Shown: positions 24,930 through 37,379 of the stretch, in pieces
Position numbering within the stretch: position 1 is the stretch's first letter
Layout of the letters: every line of letters starts with the position of its first letter
Assembly: GCF_037042905.1 (NCBI RefSeq)
Contig: NC_087245.1
Span: 17,052,001 to 17,116,000 of the forward strand
Length of the DNA: 64,000 bases
Direction of reading: 5' to 3'
Origin: Lytechinus pictus
Taxonomy: Eukaryota
The notes under the pieces: model-generated
Seen by the model: only the letters and a program-made list of their open reading frames with translations
The model's database searches: none
Told to the model about the DNA's origin: nothing
Translations under genes and position numbers: made by a program

Positions 24930-26493
24930 GCCCCGGTCCACCGATTCGTAGATGTAAACGCAACACAAGCTTTCGAACCTATCTCGGTCCGTTCGCCAGC
25001 TGTCAAATTACGTCATAGCGCGCGCTATCCCCTCCCCAGCCCCGTCGTTCTTCCAGTGTTTTGCGGCATACGACATGTGAATTGTGATAGATAAAGTCTT
25101 TGATTGAGTGAAAAGAAGGAAACATTTTAAACGTATTCTTTTCAAGTCGATCATATCTTCAACGACTGCTGGGATCATCAGCATGCTTCCAGAATAACGA
25201 AATGTAAACAACTTCAATTAGCGCGCGCAAATTATTCAGAGCCTAGATCGAGAGCGCCCTTTGGTGTCAGCAATCGGATACCGCTCGAAACCGTACCGAT
25301 AGGGGAGGGAATGAACGCTGTGATGTAAACAGACCACATTTCGGACTCGGTCCGTTCGCGAAGCTAATCCACCAATAATCCAGTCAAGGTTGCAAGTGGA
25401 CTCGGTCGGGTCTCGGGTAGGAAACTTTCAGATGTAACAGGGGCCTATGATTGCATCAAAAGAATGCTCGCGTTAATCGTCCATTTCTTATAGGTCCATG
25501 GACAAACCGACCAAAAGCCAGCACTTATCATGCTCCAGAAGACTCTTAAAATTACAAATGGTATTATCCTACTTATAGAAACCCAATAAGATGTGTGTAG
25601 GATAGATCGTCATAAAGATCATCATGGACCTAGTAGTTTCGGTTCATGGGACGCTGCAGGACCGTGGAAATATGAAAGGGCCAGTGAATTACAAGATCTC
25701 ATCATAAAAGTTCCTTCATGTATTCTTATCACTATGATCACTAATCATGAAATCCTCTTCACAATGCAATGATAGACCGAATCCTAACAAGTGTCTAGGT
25801 ACTCGATGCTAATCTCATGACAAGGATCTTTCCAAAACTTTTTTTTTTTCGATATCCTTTCCTCCTCCAATTGTTGAGATGACATCGAGTCTATCTGGTT
25901 GGACATGTTGAAGAGCTGTAATCACACGAATCGGGTTTCTTTTAAAAGCATCAGTCTCTTCTGTGTTCATGCAAACATAAAATCTCGACATTATTGAAAG
26001 TTGCATTGTCATGATTATCAAAGTCATTTCTCGCCATTTGGAATTGATTAGTATCGAGTCAGTAGTTTATTTCTCATGTAAATTAAATTGTCCTCCATTT
26101 TTCAGAATTAATTCAAGTCAAAGCGTATAACTAATGAAATCATTGATAATTATAATGATAAATGTACCTCTTTCTGTGAACATGATATTGTTTTATCCAC
26201 TAAAATAACAATTGAAATTATTTGATTGGAAATAAAAATCGACTTGCGTTTTCAACGCTTGATCGGGAATAACCCTGGTAAACCTTACTGTATCGCTGTG
26301 CATTAAAATGGTTAAATTATGATTTACAATTGAATAGCTGACGTTAGCGATTAGGTATCTCAAGGGGGTCATATCTCTGAAGTCAAGCTGGTGCGCTGGT
26401 GACTTTTTGCACCATATTACCTTTTTTGCCTTGAATGTTCACTTCAGGTATCTTACTACCCATTCGGGAATACAACATCAAGGCCAGGACCAG

Positions 26494-26629
26494 GGGCCCA
26501 TTTCATAAAGGGTTGCAACTGTTGTAACTTTGCCATTATGGCAACTAATGTGGCAGCAGAGCTCAGCAGCCAATCAAACTTAAGGTTACCGTGGTAGTTA
26601 AAAGTTGCAACTCTTTTAGAAACGGGCCC
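26494..26629. mobile_element. MITE with CWG TSD
   Basis: TIR gggcccatttcataaag / cttttagaaacgggccc; CAG on both flanks; central CCAAT 26570-26574. Confidence 0.75.
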
Positions 26630-26702
26630 CAGAACATTTAACCATGTGGTGATCGAGCCATGTTTTTTAGTATTCCTTAATATGTACTAAATTTCTTGTA
26701 AA

Positions 26703-27770
26703 CATTTCAATTTTTTCAATTTCAATTTCGATTTCATTTATTTCACATCTCTCATAAAAACATTCAAATGACAAATACAATATAAAAACATATTCATAAA
26801 AATATACACAATAGAAACAAAGAAAAAAAAACACGATAAATCAATTGTAAAAAAGTGGACAGATAGGAGTGAATAAGTAGCAGTGGATGTGGGGGATCAG
26901 CAATAAGCCATTGGCCTGTCTAGGCTGATCCCTTGTATACTGCAAAAAAGAAACCAGTTATTGGATTTAATAGCAATAGAAAGGAAAGACCCTTAAAATT
27001 ACTTAAGGTTGGGCATTGCTTCATATCTTGGGGCAAAGAATTCCATAAAACAGGTCCACTATAACATATAGTACTTCTAGAAAATTGATAACCCCATGAG
27101 GGGATATTCAGATCATAAGAGTAACGACAATTATACCTATTAAAAATATCTATACACAAAATAATCATTAAATACTTGAGGTAGGAGCTTCTTCATTGCT
27201 GAAAACACAAAACAAGCCGTTTGCAAATTGTACAAGTCATGAACTTTTAAAATTTTAAGTTTATTAAAAAGGGATCAGTATGAGCAAGATAATGACTATA
27301 TCTGTGATTACTCTAATTGCTCTTTTTTGTAAAATGGAAATTCTATTGATAAGGTATTTCGCACAATTACCCCATACAGTAATACAATAAGTTATATACG
27401 GTGAAATCATTGTGTGGTACAAAGTAACACATACATTTAATGGAAGGATTTTTTTTAGTCTATTCAAAATGCCAATGGCTTGAGATATTTTGGTACATAA
27501 GTTATCAATGTGCAAAGGTTGGAGTCAATGGTCACTCCTAAAAATTTTGTATTGGTTACTCTCTTAATAGTGATACCGTTAAGAGAAATGTTGACAAAGT
27601 CGTCATCATTGTTCTGTTTTTTAGCTTTGAAGATCATGTAACAAGTCTTATCATAGTTTACCAACAATCTATTTGCAAAAAACCAATAACTAATATGAAC
27701 CAATTCAATTTGTAGTATGTTATTTAAATCTATTAGATTTTTTCCACTTAAAAAAGATTGGTATCATCTG
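26703..27770 (-). mobile_element. 5'-truncated, frameshifted CR1/L2-group LINE (C-terminal reverse transcriptase region plus 3' UTR)
   Basis: Minus strand begins at the DDTN catalytic motif; then WFFANRLLVNYDKT..MIF, KFLGVTIDSNL, HIDNLCTKIS..IGIL..LK, LY..MI.PYITYC..VWG, LQKRAIRVI, YSGPVLWNSLP, split over three frames; 3' end AATAAA followed by (TTGAAA)-like tandem tail. Confidence 0.9.
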
Positions 27771-30700
27771 GTAGTAAAGTGGTGCTTTCCTGTCATTTTC
27801 CGTCATGCAAATTTTTTCCACATAATATTGTGCAATCATATTCATACAGTTCGATAATAGTGTTACAATCTAGTCATATGCAGGTGAGTTTGATTTTGAT
27901 CAAAATTAAAAACTTGGGTTAAGATTTTAAATGTTGACGCCGCCGGAAAAGCTTCGCCTACATAGTTTCGCTCTGCTATGCAGGCGAGGCAAAACCCATT
28001 ACTTGCAACAAGTTTGGAGATGGTTTTCTTATATTGGGTGATGAGTTCTTTTCCAATCTAAAATGAAAGTTGTTTAGTTAAACCATGAATCAAAGGCGTT
28101 CTTTTCTTTTTTCTTTGCACGTTATTAATTCGAGTGTCATAATGCCGGTTTACTAAACACGCCATTATTTTCAGCCTTGTTCTGTATAGTTTTCCTCGAT
28201 TTCACGGTATCTTGCTCTCAGAAAACATCTTCCTGTCTAAGAATCGATCTGTCTTCTTAAATGTTTGTCCAAATCGATACAATGTGGCCAGAGAAGCGTG
28301 TGCAACGTCAAAGTGTAACATTGTTACATTTTTATTTGCTTCAATGTGCGAAAAATAGCAGAAACCCTTGGTTTGTTGGTTCAGGTACGCTTATCAATAT
28401 TTATCGTCACACTTTAAACACCAGGCTTCTGACGTTCAAAATTAATAGACCTTAAAATGCGAGACATTCTGAGAGAGAGAGCAGCATGCATGGCGTACAA
28501 ATCAAAGATGCGTATTCGAGTATACAATGTTGCTTCTTTTTATCATATTCGCATGCACATAATATGTATTCACAGCGTGTGACTTGATTGGATATTCATG
28601 ACGTCATTGTGTAATGAAAGCTGACTTTGGGAATACTTGAATTAATATTGAAGGTCATCTCACTATGCTCACCAGAATTAGAATGTGTGGGAATTGAAAC
28701 TGGTTCATGGAGATATACCGAAATTGGTGTATTTTAGAATATCTGCATGAAAATGATATTCATGTTCATATATATGTGACATTCACGTAAGCAGTAAAAT
28801 ATAGACGTTTAAAAAAGGAATTGGGAATAAAAATAATACTCAAAGGAGTTCGGGGAATAAAGAAGGGAGAAAATATACATGACCAAAATGTGTAAAGAGA
28901 ATACGATATATATATTTTTTTACACGAAGAAAATGGACAAAGACAAAAGACCGTGACAAATAAGAGTAAATTTTATTTAAAGGGTTTAGACAGGGAGAGA
29001 GGGGGTACGTACTGTCTAGGGTGTACTGATACTTGGCAAATTCAACCTCGCACGACTTCTCTCCAATCTTCATCAATGCCCCAGCTCATAATCCCTTTCT
29101 ATCACAAATAATGGTGCATGTAACATATCCACTCATGTATCCGGGATTTTTTTTTTTTTTTTTTTTTGGGGGGGGGGGGTGGCTGGTATTGAGTACGCGA
29201 ATCGACTGTGTAAGCGGTAGATGGAGTGAGTTGGGGGTAGTCTCCTGCGCGAAGCGCGAAAGCTTTGTCGTGCCTCAATTGAATTAAATTCGGTTGACTT
29301 TGTGATCAAGAAACCGGAGTGAATGTTATTAGTCCTCCCGCACAAAGCGTGTAAGCTTTGACATTTTATAATATAAGAGAAAGACAGTGGCTTGAATGTA
29401 AGCCTGCATCTGTACCAGTAAAAAACTTGAAAATAAACCTTGTCATTATCATAGTGATAAAGGGAATGGAAATTCACCTGCTCCCAATATAGTGTGGAAA
29501 CATTGAAGTAAATTTATATTAATTTATTAAAAGAGAAGGGCGACTTGAAGCACTTGCCTAACTCCAGTTTATACCTGAAACCATGGACCTAATAAGGTCC
29601 ATGGGTCCATGCTGAAACTTTATACTTGCTAAGGAGAAATATCTGCGTCAACAAAGTCCCTGTGTAAAGAAAAGATACGAGGAACACCGGGAAAGTTCAA
29701 TAATTCTCTTCCGCGCGAAGCGTGAGTTTGAATTTACACTTTATGAAATTATAAGAAAAGACAGCATTTCGATCCCCTCCCTTTCCCCTTTTCTTCTTTT
29801 TTTTTCCTCCTCTCTTTTTTTCTCTCCGATGTTTTAAGGTACTTGTTAGAACCAGTAACGTAATGGTTTTAGGGTTATGTTTTTGGAAAAGGGAATTCAA
29901 TTCGGAAAAAAGCAAGACAGAATCATTACAGCGACTGCAACCATCAACACCACTTCCACCGCCACCACAACAAGATTAATAACAACGACAACGAAGAAAA
30001 AACTGAAAACAATAAAAAAAATATTGTGTTGTTATGTGGATCTGGAGTAAAAAAAAAGAACGGGGGGAGGGTAACTCAATAGAGTCAATTTGAATCTGAA
30101 TTCTTTTATAGGCAATGAAGTGGTAAATTAAGGTATTGTAAATTAAAATCGATGAATGCCCTGGCGCTATATCCAAACAGATATTCCAACCGGTAAATTG
30201 CGTATTGATTGCATCATTAGCTTAATTGCCAAATATATCTTGATCGATCATTATTCACTAAAAGAAGGTGTATTTTGACGGGAGCATTTTCCCACCTTTG
30301 TGACAAAACATGTTGATGGCAGATCTGTTTGTTCGTTTTCATGGGAAAGAACCCTTTAAAATCGTACATCTAAAAGTTATGAAATAATTCGGGATTCGAA
30401 CTAACCCTGAATTATTGAATCAAAGTTTGCTTGGCCATTGCGATTTACTTTTATGAAGGCAATATGTGTATTTTAAACGTCTCCTGGCCAAACAATGAGA
30501 TGTTTTTCTTTTACAATATATCAACTTCATTCGGTTTTTTTTATTCATTTTGGCTGGATTCATGATGATATTTGAAAGAATTCGTCGAGGTTAGAGGTTT
30601 ATAATAACGTTCGATGCTTAAATACATGGGTCGTTTACCTTGGCCTGTCTTTTGGGAGTTGTTCTACATTAGACAACATAAATCGAGAAAGAGATAAATT

Positions 30701-33700
30701 GCTTGGATGAGCTATATGCCCTTTCTACTTTTCTACATCTGTTTCTGAATGACATCTCCCACAAAATTATGACCGTAAAAACGTGATATGGCATGTTAAT
30801 TATATATATTTCATTTAATTTTGTCCTGATTAGATCTCCTCATTGAAGAAGCAAAGTGTGTATCCCTCTTCATATTTCTCATTCTACCCCCCTCTCTCTC
30901 TCTCCCCTCCCCCACTCACTATCTTTCTCATTTCTCACCCCTCTGTCTCTCTTTCTCCCATCTCTTTCTTTCTCTCTCTGTCATGTTATTCTTTTATTTC
31001 ATTTTTATCTAAGTTATGTGCAATATTTTCCTCTTCTTCTGCATTTCTTTCTCCAATTATCTGTTTTATTCTATTTCATTCATTTACCTCAGTCCTACCC
31101 CCCCCCGTCATCATATCCCTTTCCTGAACATAGGATCTCCCTCCTGGGTATAATATTCAACAAAATGACCCTTTGTACCATAAACACATGGGCTTTGTCA
31201 TTTTGTATTCCATGGTAAATACAAAGACCATTTTGAACTTGCTGCACTCGTTATATCTTTCTGGGTCATTTGATGAAGATAGATGATCAATTGGATCGGG
31301 TCAGTAAGGTATGCCAGCTAATCACCTCCACTGTTTACAATAATGCACCATTAACATACCGTATAATGGGGACGAGTTCACACCTGTCACTTCTTTGAGA
31401 GCGTATGTTTCTAATATCATGTGTTAGTATGAACACACCTATCTGCGAGATGTTTTATTCTAAAAGACCCCCAAAAATATAAAAAGTAAATGAATGAATG
31501 AATGAATAAATAAATAGATAAATAGATAAATGAATGAATGAATAAAAAAAAAAAAAAAATAAATAAATGAATAAATAAATACATTGATAAATACATAAAG
31601 AATAAATAATTTTTTCTCCGTTTTGCCATTCTCTTGAAAATCAAATATTTTGTACTATTGACTGATTTTTTTGAACTCGATACACAGTATGGGCCAGTGT
31701 CCTGGTACTTTGATAGAGGGCACAATCACCTGTGGATAGATTTATTTGAAATAAAAGAAATTTGTGTTTTGTGAAGTTATACCATCAATCAGGGCTGTCT
31801 TCAATCAATTTCTCCTCCGTCATGTCCATAATGTTTTCTTCTGTTTTTCGTACCCCTCCCTCCTTTGCTCTATTATACTTTTTTTCATCACTTGAAAATT
31901 TCATAGGGGCAGTTCCCCCCCCCCCCCCGTCCTTTCTAGAACTGTCCATGTAGTTTATAGCACGATGCTGATGGTGGTTTGGGGGGTGAAATAGAACCAT
32001 TTCTCCCTTCGATTCATTCGAGGCAATTCTCACCTTTTGACCCCGACTGGAACGTGAACTTGTAGCCAATAAGAAGCGATGAACCGTTATTGGAATCAGT
32101 TCACGGGATCTGAAACAGTATTTCACCCGTCGTCCATACATCACCATTATTCGATATCATCGTGAGTGTTTTAATGTGTATGCGGGTAGGAGGGGGAGAC
32201 TCTTCATCAGAATTTTACTCTGATGTTACAATTTTTATTGCATGAAAATTTTTACAATCATCTGACCTCAAACTTATCAAAACCTTTCTCAGAAATCAGA
32301 ATGATATATCTCTGACAGCTCGGTCGGTATAGGAGTGGGTTTCGGATTCCGGCGACCCATGTTGCCTTCCCAAGTGGTGAGCTGAAAAAGATGTCATTTG
32401 GTAATGCATTTATCCTCATAACCATGAGAGGACCTTGAGCCTTCAGTTCCTTGGTTGCATCCTTACATGCCATGCATGTATCCATGTTTTTTTGATCAAG
32501 CAGGGAACAAATAATCACCAATTAGGCAATTACCACTGATAAAGACAATCGCATTTTGCTATCCGGTGTTGTTATATTTTGAATGCCGTCCCGAAGGAAT
32601 GGATGCCGAGGAGAAATAATCAACGGCATGACAAATTTCAGAGGTGTCCTTACCATTTTTTCATGTACTACTTATTAAGTTGTCAATTTAAGATTTGCAT
32701 AGTCAGTCCCAATGATCTTATTTTTGAATAGCCATAAGTATCTTATTCCTCAATTCAATTTCTTTCGTCTGGATATGCAAGGTCTAAGGAGAGTTTAGCC
32801 TTCTCCATCCAATTAGCCCTCTTGGATAACCATAAACAGTGATAAGGAGATCCCGTTTCGCACCTGGTCATCAATTTTGAAAAGAATTTGATGTGAAACA
32901 TGACTTGCAAATGTAGTTTATTCACTCATTCGGGTCATATGATAATTTATTTCATCTCTGAATGCATGCACTCCTTACATTTACGTTTGGTCTTTTATTG
33001 TCATTTCTTTGTATAATAGATAGAAAATACCATAACTCAAAATGCAAGCACACATCATTTATCTTTTTTTTAATTCAAATTGACAAAAGGGTGCAATCCT
33101 GAAAATATTTGCGGATTCCACGCTGTCAAAATATTTGTAGAAAACAAGTCATACAATCATCAAAGGTTCCGCTAAAATGACGGTAGAGAATCCCCTGCTT
33201 CTTGTAAAAAAATTGTGAATTCGGTCAAAATGGAGTAAAATCAGTAAAAATATCGAAATGATATCAATATATACAGGGCTTGCAGAAAATGTTCTTTACG
33301 GATATGTCCCTGAAAATTGTCATATATATTTGAGACGCAATGCAATGTTACATAAACCGATGGTATGCCATAGGAAATACCGTAATATATTTGATCGGTC
33401 TGTAGGGTCGGTTTCACTGGTGTGGCTAGGGTTAACTTACTTTGCTTTGATGGTTTGACAAACTCAAGAGAAGTATTGGGATTACAGACAAGGAATATTT
33501 TCTCACAGCGCTCAGAATTCATCTTGCTGTGTTGATATAAGATTTTATTTCATCATTAATTTCAGTCAGTCTCAAATATAATATCTAATAATAGATTTCA
33601 GACTCAGGCCGTTACATAGTCCACACGTTTCCCTTATCTGGAAGGGATATAGATACTTAGGCCGAAATATGTTTATTTTCACTTGAATCTTGTATGTTTA

Positions 33701-34786
33701 TATTATGACAATCATTATGATTACAAGGAAGTTTTTTTTGGCACATTACATTGACGATGTCAAGGGACATCCAGATTGATATGTAGACCTTAAATCAATG
33801 TCAAAGTTGAAAGGTTTACAACTAAGCCGAGAGTTATTGTTCAGTTGTGTTTTTGATAAATATTCATTAGGAGAATAAGTTGTTGAGGAAACCATCCCAA
33901 ATTGGTTCGAGAATGTTGATCTTGTGTAGGGAATTCGAAATACACAGTGGAATCACTAACATTTTATGACACTGATTCAGATATTGAATTCAGCTTTGCG
34001 GCTGTTCTCCACAGGAAGAAATACTCAAGAGAATGTGCAGGGACCGAATCGATCGAGCTTGTTGCAAGGATTTTTTTATATATAATTGTAATGAATTTGA
34101 CATGAATTTAATAGAATGCTATAAAGCAAGCGGGGTTTTTAATTTTCAGGAGATATGGGAGATGCTCCCTTGCTTGCCCCCATCACATCCCCTCCCCTAC
34201 ATAAGTCTGTTACCGGGTCGTACTCTGACGATCCGATTTTATTTTTCATACCCAAGTTGCAGACTTTCACCTGTGCCAATATTGCCAATGTGATGGGATT
34301 TTGTAACGAGAAAATTCACCCCAAATGAAATCATGAGATTTTTATTTCTTTCTTGATATCTGACGGATTTGGCTGGTGCATCTTCTTTAAACTCCATAGT
34401 TATTTCAACTTGACGTGAATCTGTTGAGTTGTTTTTTCTATTGTTGATCATTATTTTCAACAATGTACAGTCCTTCAAGGGGGAATTTCAAAGATAAAAT
34501 TGAAGGATGAACTGTATATAATTTCACGTTGAGTGGTATATTCGTGTGTCAATAAACAGACAAAAATGCAGGGGATGTGTTGAAACGATCCATGGAGTCT
34601 ATAGCAAATATAAGAGACAGCATTCTCAATGACATGTGTTACCTAAGAATAAAGGTTCCAGTTCTTCTTTACATACTTTCCATTGACGAGTTGAGAAAGG
34701 GACCATTTAGAGTGACACTTGAGTACACTTCTTTCATTCTATCGATTGTTCGATATGTTTAGTGTCGCCAGCGAACGAATACTTAA

Positions 34787-36233
34787 AGTTGAATTAAGAA
34801 GACGATTCCAAATATTGAGATATTTACATTAATAGCAACCTTACAACCCCCTAAACACTAAGAGGTGATTCGACCCCCCATTTTCTTTTTTCAAAATAGT
34901 GAATTTGAACGATTTATCCCTACCCATTTTCCCCGAGTTCGCTCTTGCAATACCTACCGAGACGGGTGTTCTTTGAGTGTGACGTCACCGGGGGGTATTC
35001 GGTCCCGGTGTAGTCACTATGTACGTACGCCTTCATATGGAATAACTGCAGTTGAAGTTGTATCTGCGAGCCATAGAACTTGCAAAGAGGAAATGATTAA
35101 AATATTTGTGGCCGTACTATTATTCCAAATATGTAAATTCCCTCAGAATGATACCATAGACCCTAAAGGAATAATTTCAAGGTGAATAATATGAAATTTG
35201 ATCGAGATCTTCTCACCAGTCGATAACGTAGCAGACGTGTTATTATGACATATTTATCCGCGTGTGACGCGGCCCTTGCAAAAAAACACAGTTGGTTGCG
35301 GAATTGCTTTGTGCCGACCGGCCGCCCGCTCCGGCGCAGCTAGCTGTCGAGCTACCGTACCGCATACCTTTCTTGTTGTCTTCAACCATAGATATGTATA
35401 CTAATTACTATAATATCTCTCTGTCTTCAACTCACTTGCGAATTGCGTTTGTATGTGTGACGGTGACCCCTAGCGTAATTAAATATAGAAAACAACTCAG
35501 AAGGCCGAGAAAGAATAATACGTTTGGTTCAAGATTGTTCTGTGGAATGAGCTATGAGTGGAAATGATCCAGAGGATATAAAAGTGGAGTCAAAGACACA
35601 AGAAAAGAAGAAAAAACGCCAGGGGATCGCTGCACGGCCATGAACTAAGTCGACATACCAGACCATAACAGTACACTCAATGCCTAGGTGTTGTGTGTAC
35701 TAGTATTATGCGTTCAGCGCGCGCTGAGCGAGAGCTGAGCTAGCCGCCGGAATTACTTTCCAGCTATTCACTTGATTGAACATCGTGATAAAATAAATGA
35801 GAAATAGTGAAAATATCATTCAATAACTCACTGTTTGCTATCTTACATCATGATTGAAGAGTTCATGATGGTTATTCATACTGTTTTTTATACAGGGAAA
35901 GTAAAGATTTGTACATATCAGTCCTATTTGTTTGATTTGAGTTGCTTTGAAAAAAAATTGTAAAATATCTTTCTCTCTCTGCATAGCATTTCTGTATGAC
36001 ATTCAGGCACCTCTTATACTAAATTCCCCCCGGTGACGTCACACTCCGAGTGGCTTTTCTGTACACTCGTCTCTCGGGCTCTGACAGGTGGCTAATTTCA
36101 TAGACTTTCAAAGCAAAATATCGAGAAGGCAGAGGATTTTTGTGACTTGCTATCTGTTTGAACAACTTATATATACTATATATTGTGTGTAGAACCTATA
36201 TTTATGGAAACTCACCCCCTTCTTAATTCAACT
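34787..36233. mobile_element. TTAA-flanked Kolobok-like non-autonomous element (1447 bp)
   Basis: TTAA 34783-34786 and 36234-36237; perfect TIR agttgaattaagaag / cttcttaattcaact; perfect 21-bp subterminal inverted repeat gagtgtgacgtcaccgggggg 34975-34995 / 36026-36046. Confidence 0.85.
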
Positions 36234-37142
36234 TTAACTCTCCACATAGTATTTTGTCAGTTTAATGTATATACTCTGATATTCGGTTCCCTATTATTTG
36301 GTATTTTATGACACATTTTAGAGGATTTAGACCAACATTAATGTGGAACCAGGATTGGCCAGATTTGTGGATGGGGTCACTTTCCAAATATTGACAGGCA
36401 AAAAAAAAAAAATTTTTTTTTTTAAATACGGGCGTCATTTTTCCGTACATTTTTTTTCATGACTGACAAGCCTAGAAAAAAAAACACGATATGGGGAGCA
36501 CCCCCCTCCCTCCACTGGATCCGCACTTGATCCAGACAATAATTACATTGGTAATACTATGAGGTATACTGCCAATAATCAGATGGACAGTGATGAGGGG
36601 GAAGGGGGTAAGCTGTGGGATACCGCGCATTTTTCTGTTTTTTTTGCGGGGAAATCTAATTAAGTGATAAATTGTAAGTCATATCATAGATCTGGTATGT
36701 GAATAATGAATATTCAAAGATGTTGTTTAAAATCATCCACTTTCTTCACGATGTAATTTTGTGGGGTGGGGTTTGGGGTTGAGGGAGGGGTTACGCAGTT
36801 CTGAGCTCCCATCTCATTCGCACACCATCAGTGCGTATGGAAAAGAACGAAGTGGAAGAGAGACTGGTATACTCTCGTCCGCTCCGGTCCCTCGCATTCA
36901 CTTCTCATACGATTGATTGGACCATGGAACTATTATTTAAGTTACAATCTTACTGTAAGTTTCTCATGTAAACTTTGAAAAGATTTCTATTTTAAAAAAA
37001 ATGTTTCATGATTGTAGCACCATTATACACTATTTAAATGAAATACACTGCAATTCGGTTGTCGCTTATTGTAACAATATTGTCAACTTGTTCTTTTGTA
37101 TATAATCTACATATAATCATATTGTTTCTCATTTTGTAACAG

Positions 37143-37212
37143 GGATGTCCTTTGAAGTGAAGAAGAATGAGAAAGCAGAAGATAACTACATAGTCAAGGA
37201 AGAACTTGGCAA
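37143..37212 (+). CDS. MYLK: Myosin light chain kinase exon, start of kinase domain (MSFEVKKNEKAEDNYIVKEELG-K)
   Basis: ttttgtaacag acceptor; AA|gtaagt donor, phase 2; Y-x-V-x-E-E-L-G precedes the Gly-loop in the next exon; in-frame ATG at 37145. Confidence 0.85.
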
Positions 37213-37347
37213 GTAAGTACACCTTTATCAATCTTTAGCTTTCTTATCATCAAAATCATTATTTACTTTGCTTCCTCTCTTCTCTTATAATGTATGTCCC
37301 AGTGGTCCTTTCTGGCTTTCCCCTCACTTTTCAACTTTCTCCCTTCT

Positions 37348-37379
<32 letters not shown>

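Larger units (their letters stand above)
23172..25445. mobile_element. PIF/Harbinger-like non-autonomous element
   Basis: ~30-bp TIR gacccctgttacatctgagagattccctacc / ggtaggaaactttcagatgtaacaggggcc; 3-bp TSD TAT; subterminal ctcgg and gatgtaaac repeats. Confidence 0.8.
22490..25500. mobile_element. P-like non-autonomous element (CATG termini, 7-bp TSD), host of nested insertions
   Basis: TIR catggacctatgaaagctggac / gtccatttcttataggtccatg; TSD gacaaac at 22483-22489 and 25501-25507. Confidence 0.7.

Noticed and set aside
32258..32521. Minus-strand ORF ending ...EKGFDKF, reminiscent of the RT motif DFEKAFDKV
   Set aside because: Needs a frameshift, and no other reverse-transcriptase motifs are recognisable nearby.
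34865..35567. ORFs inside the 1447-bp TTAA element as a possible transposase
   Set aside because: Short, with no THAP or DDE motifs visible; the element looks non-autonomous.
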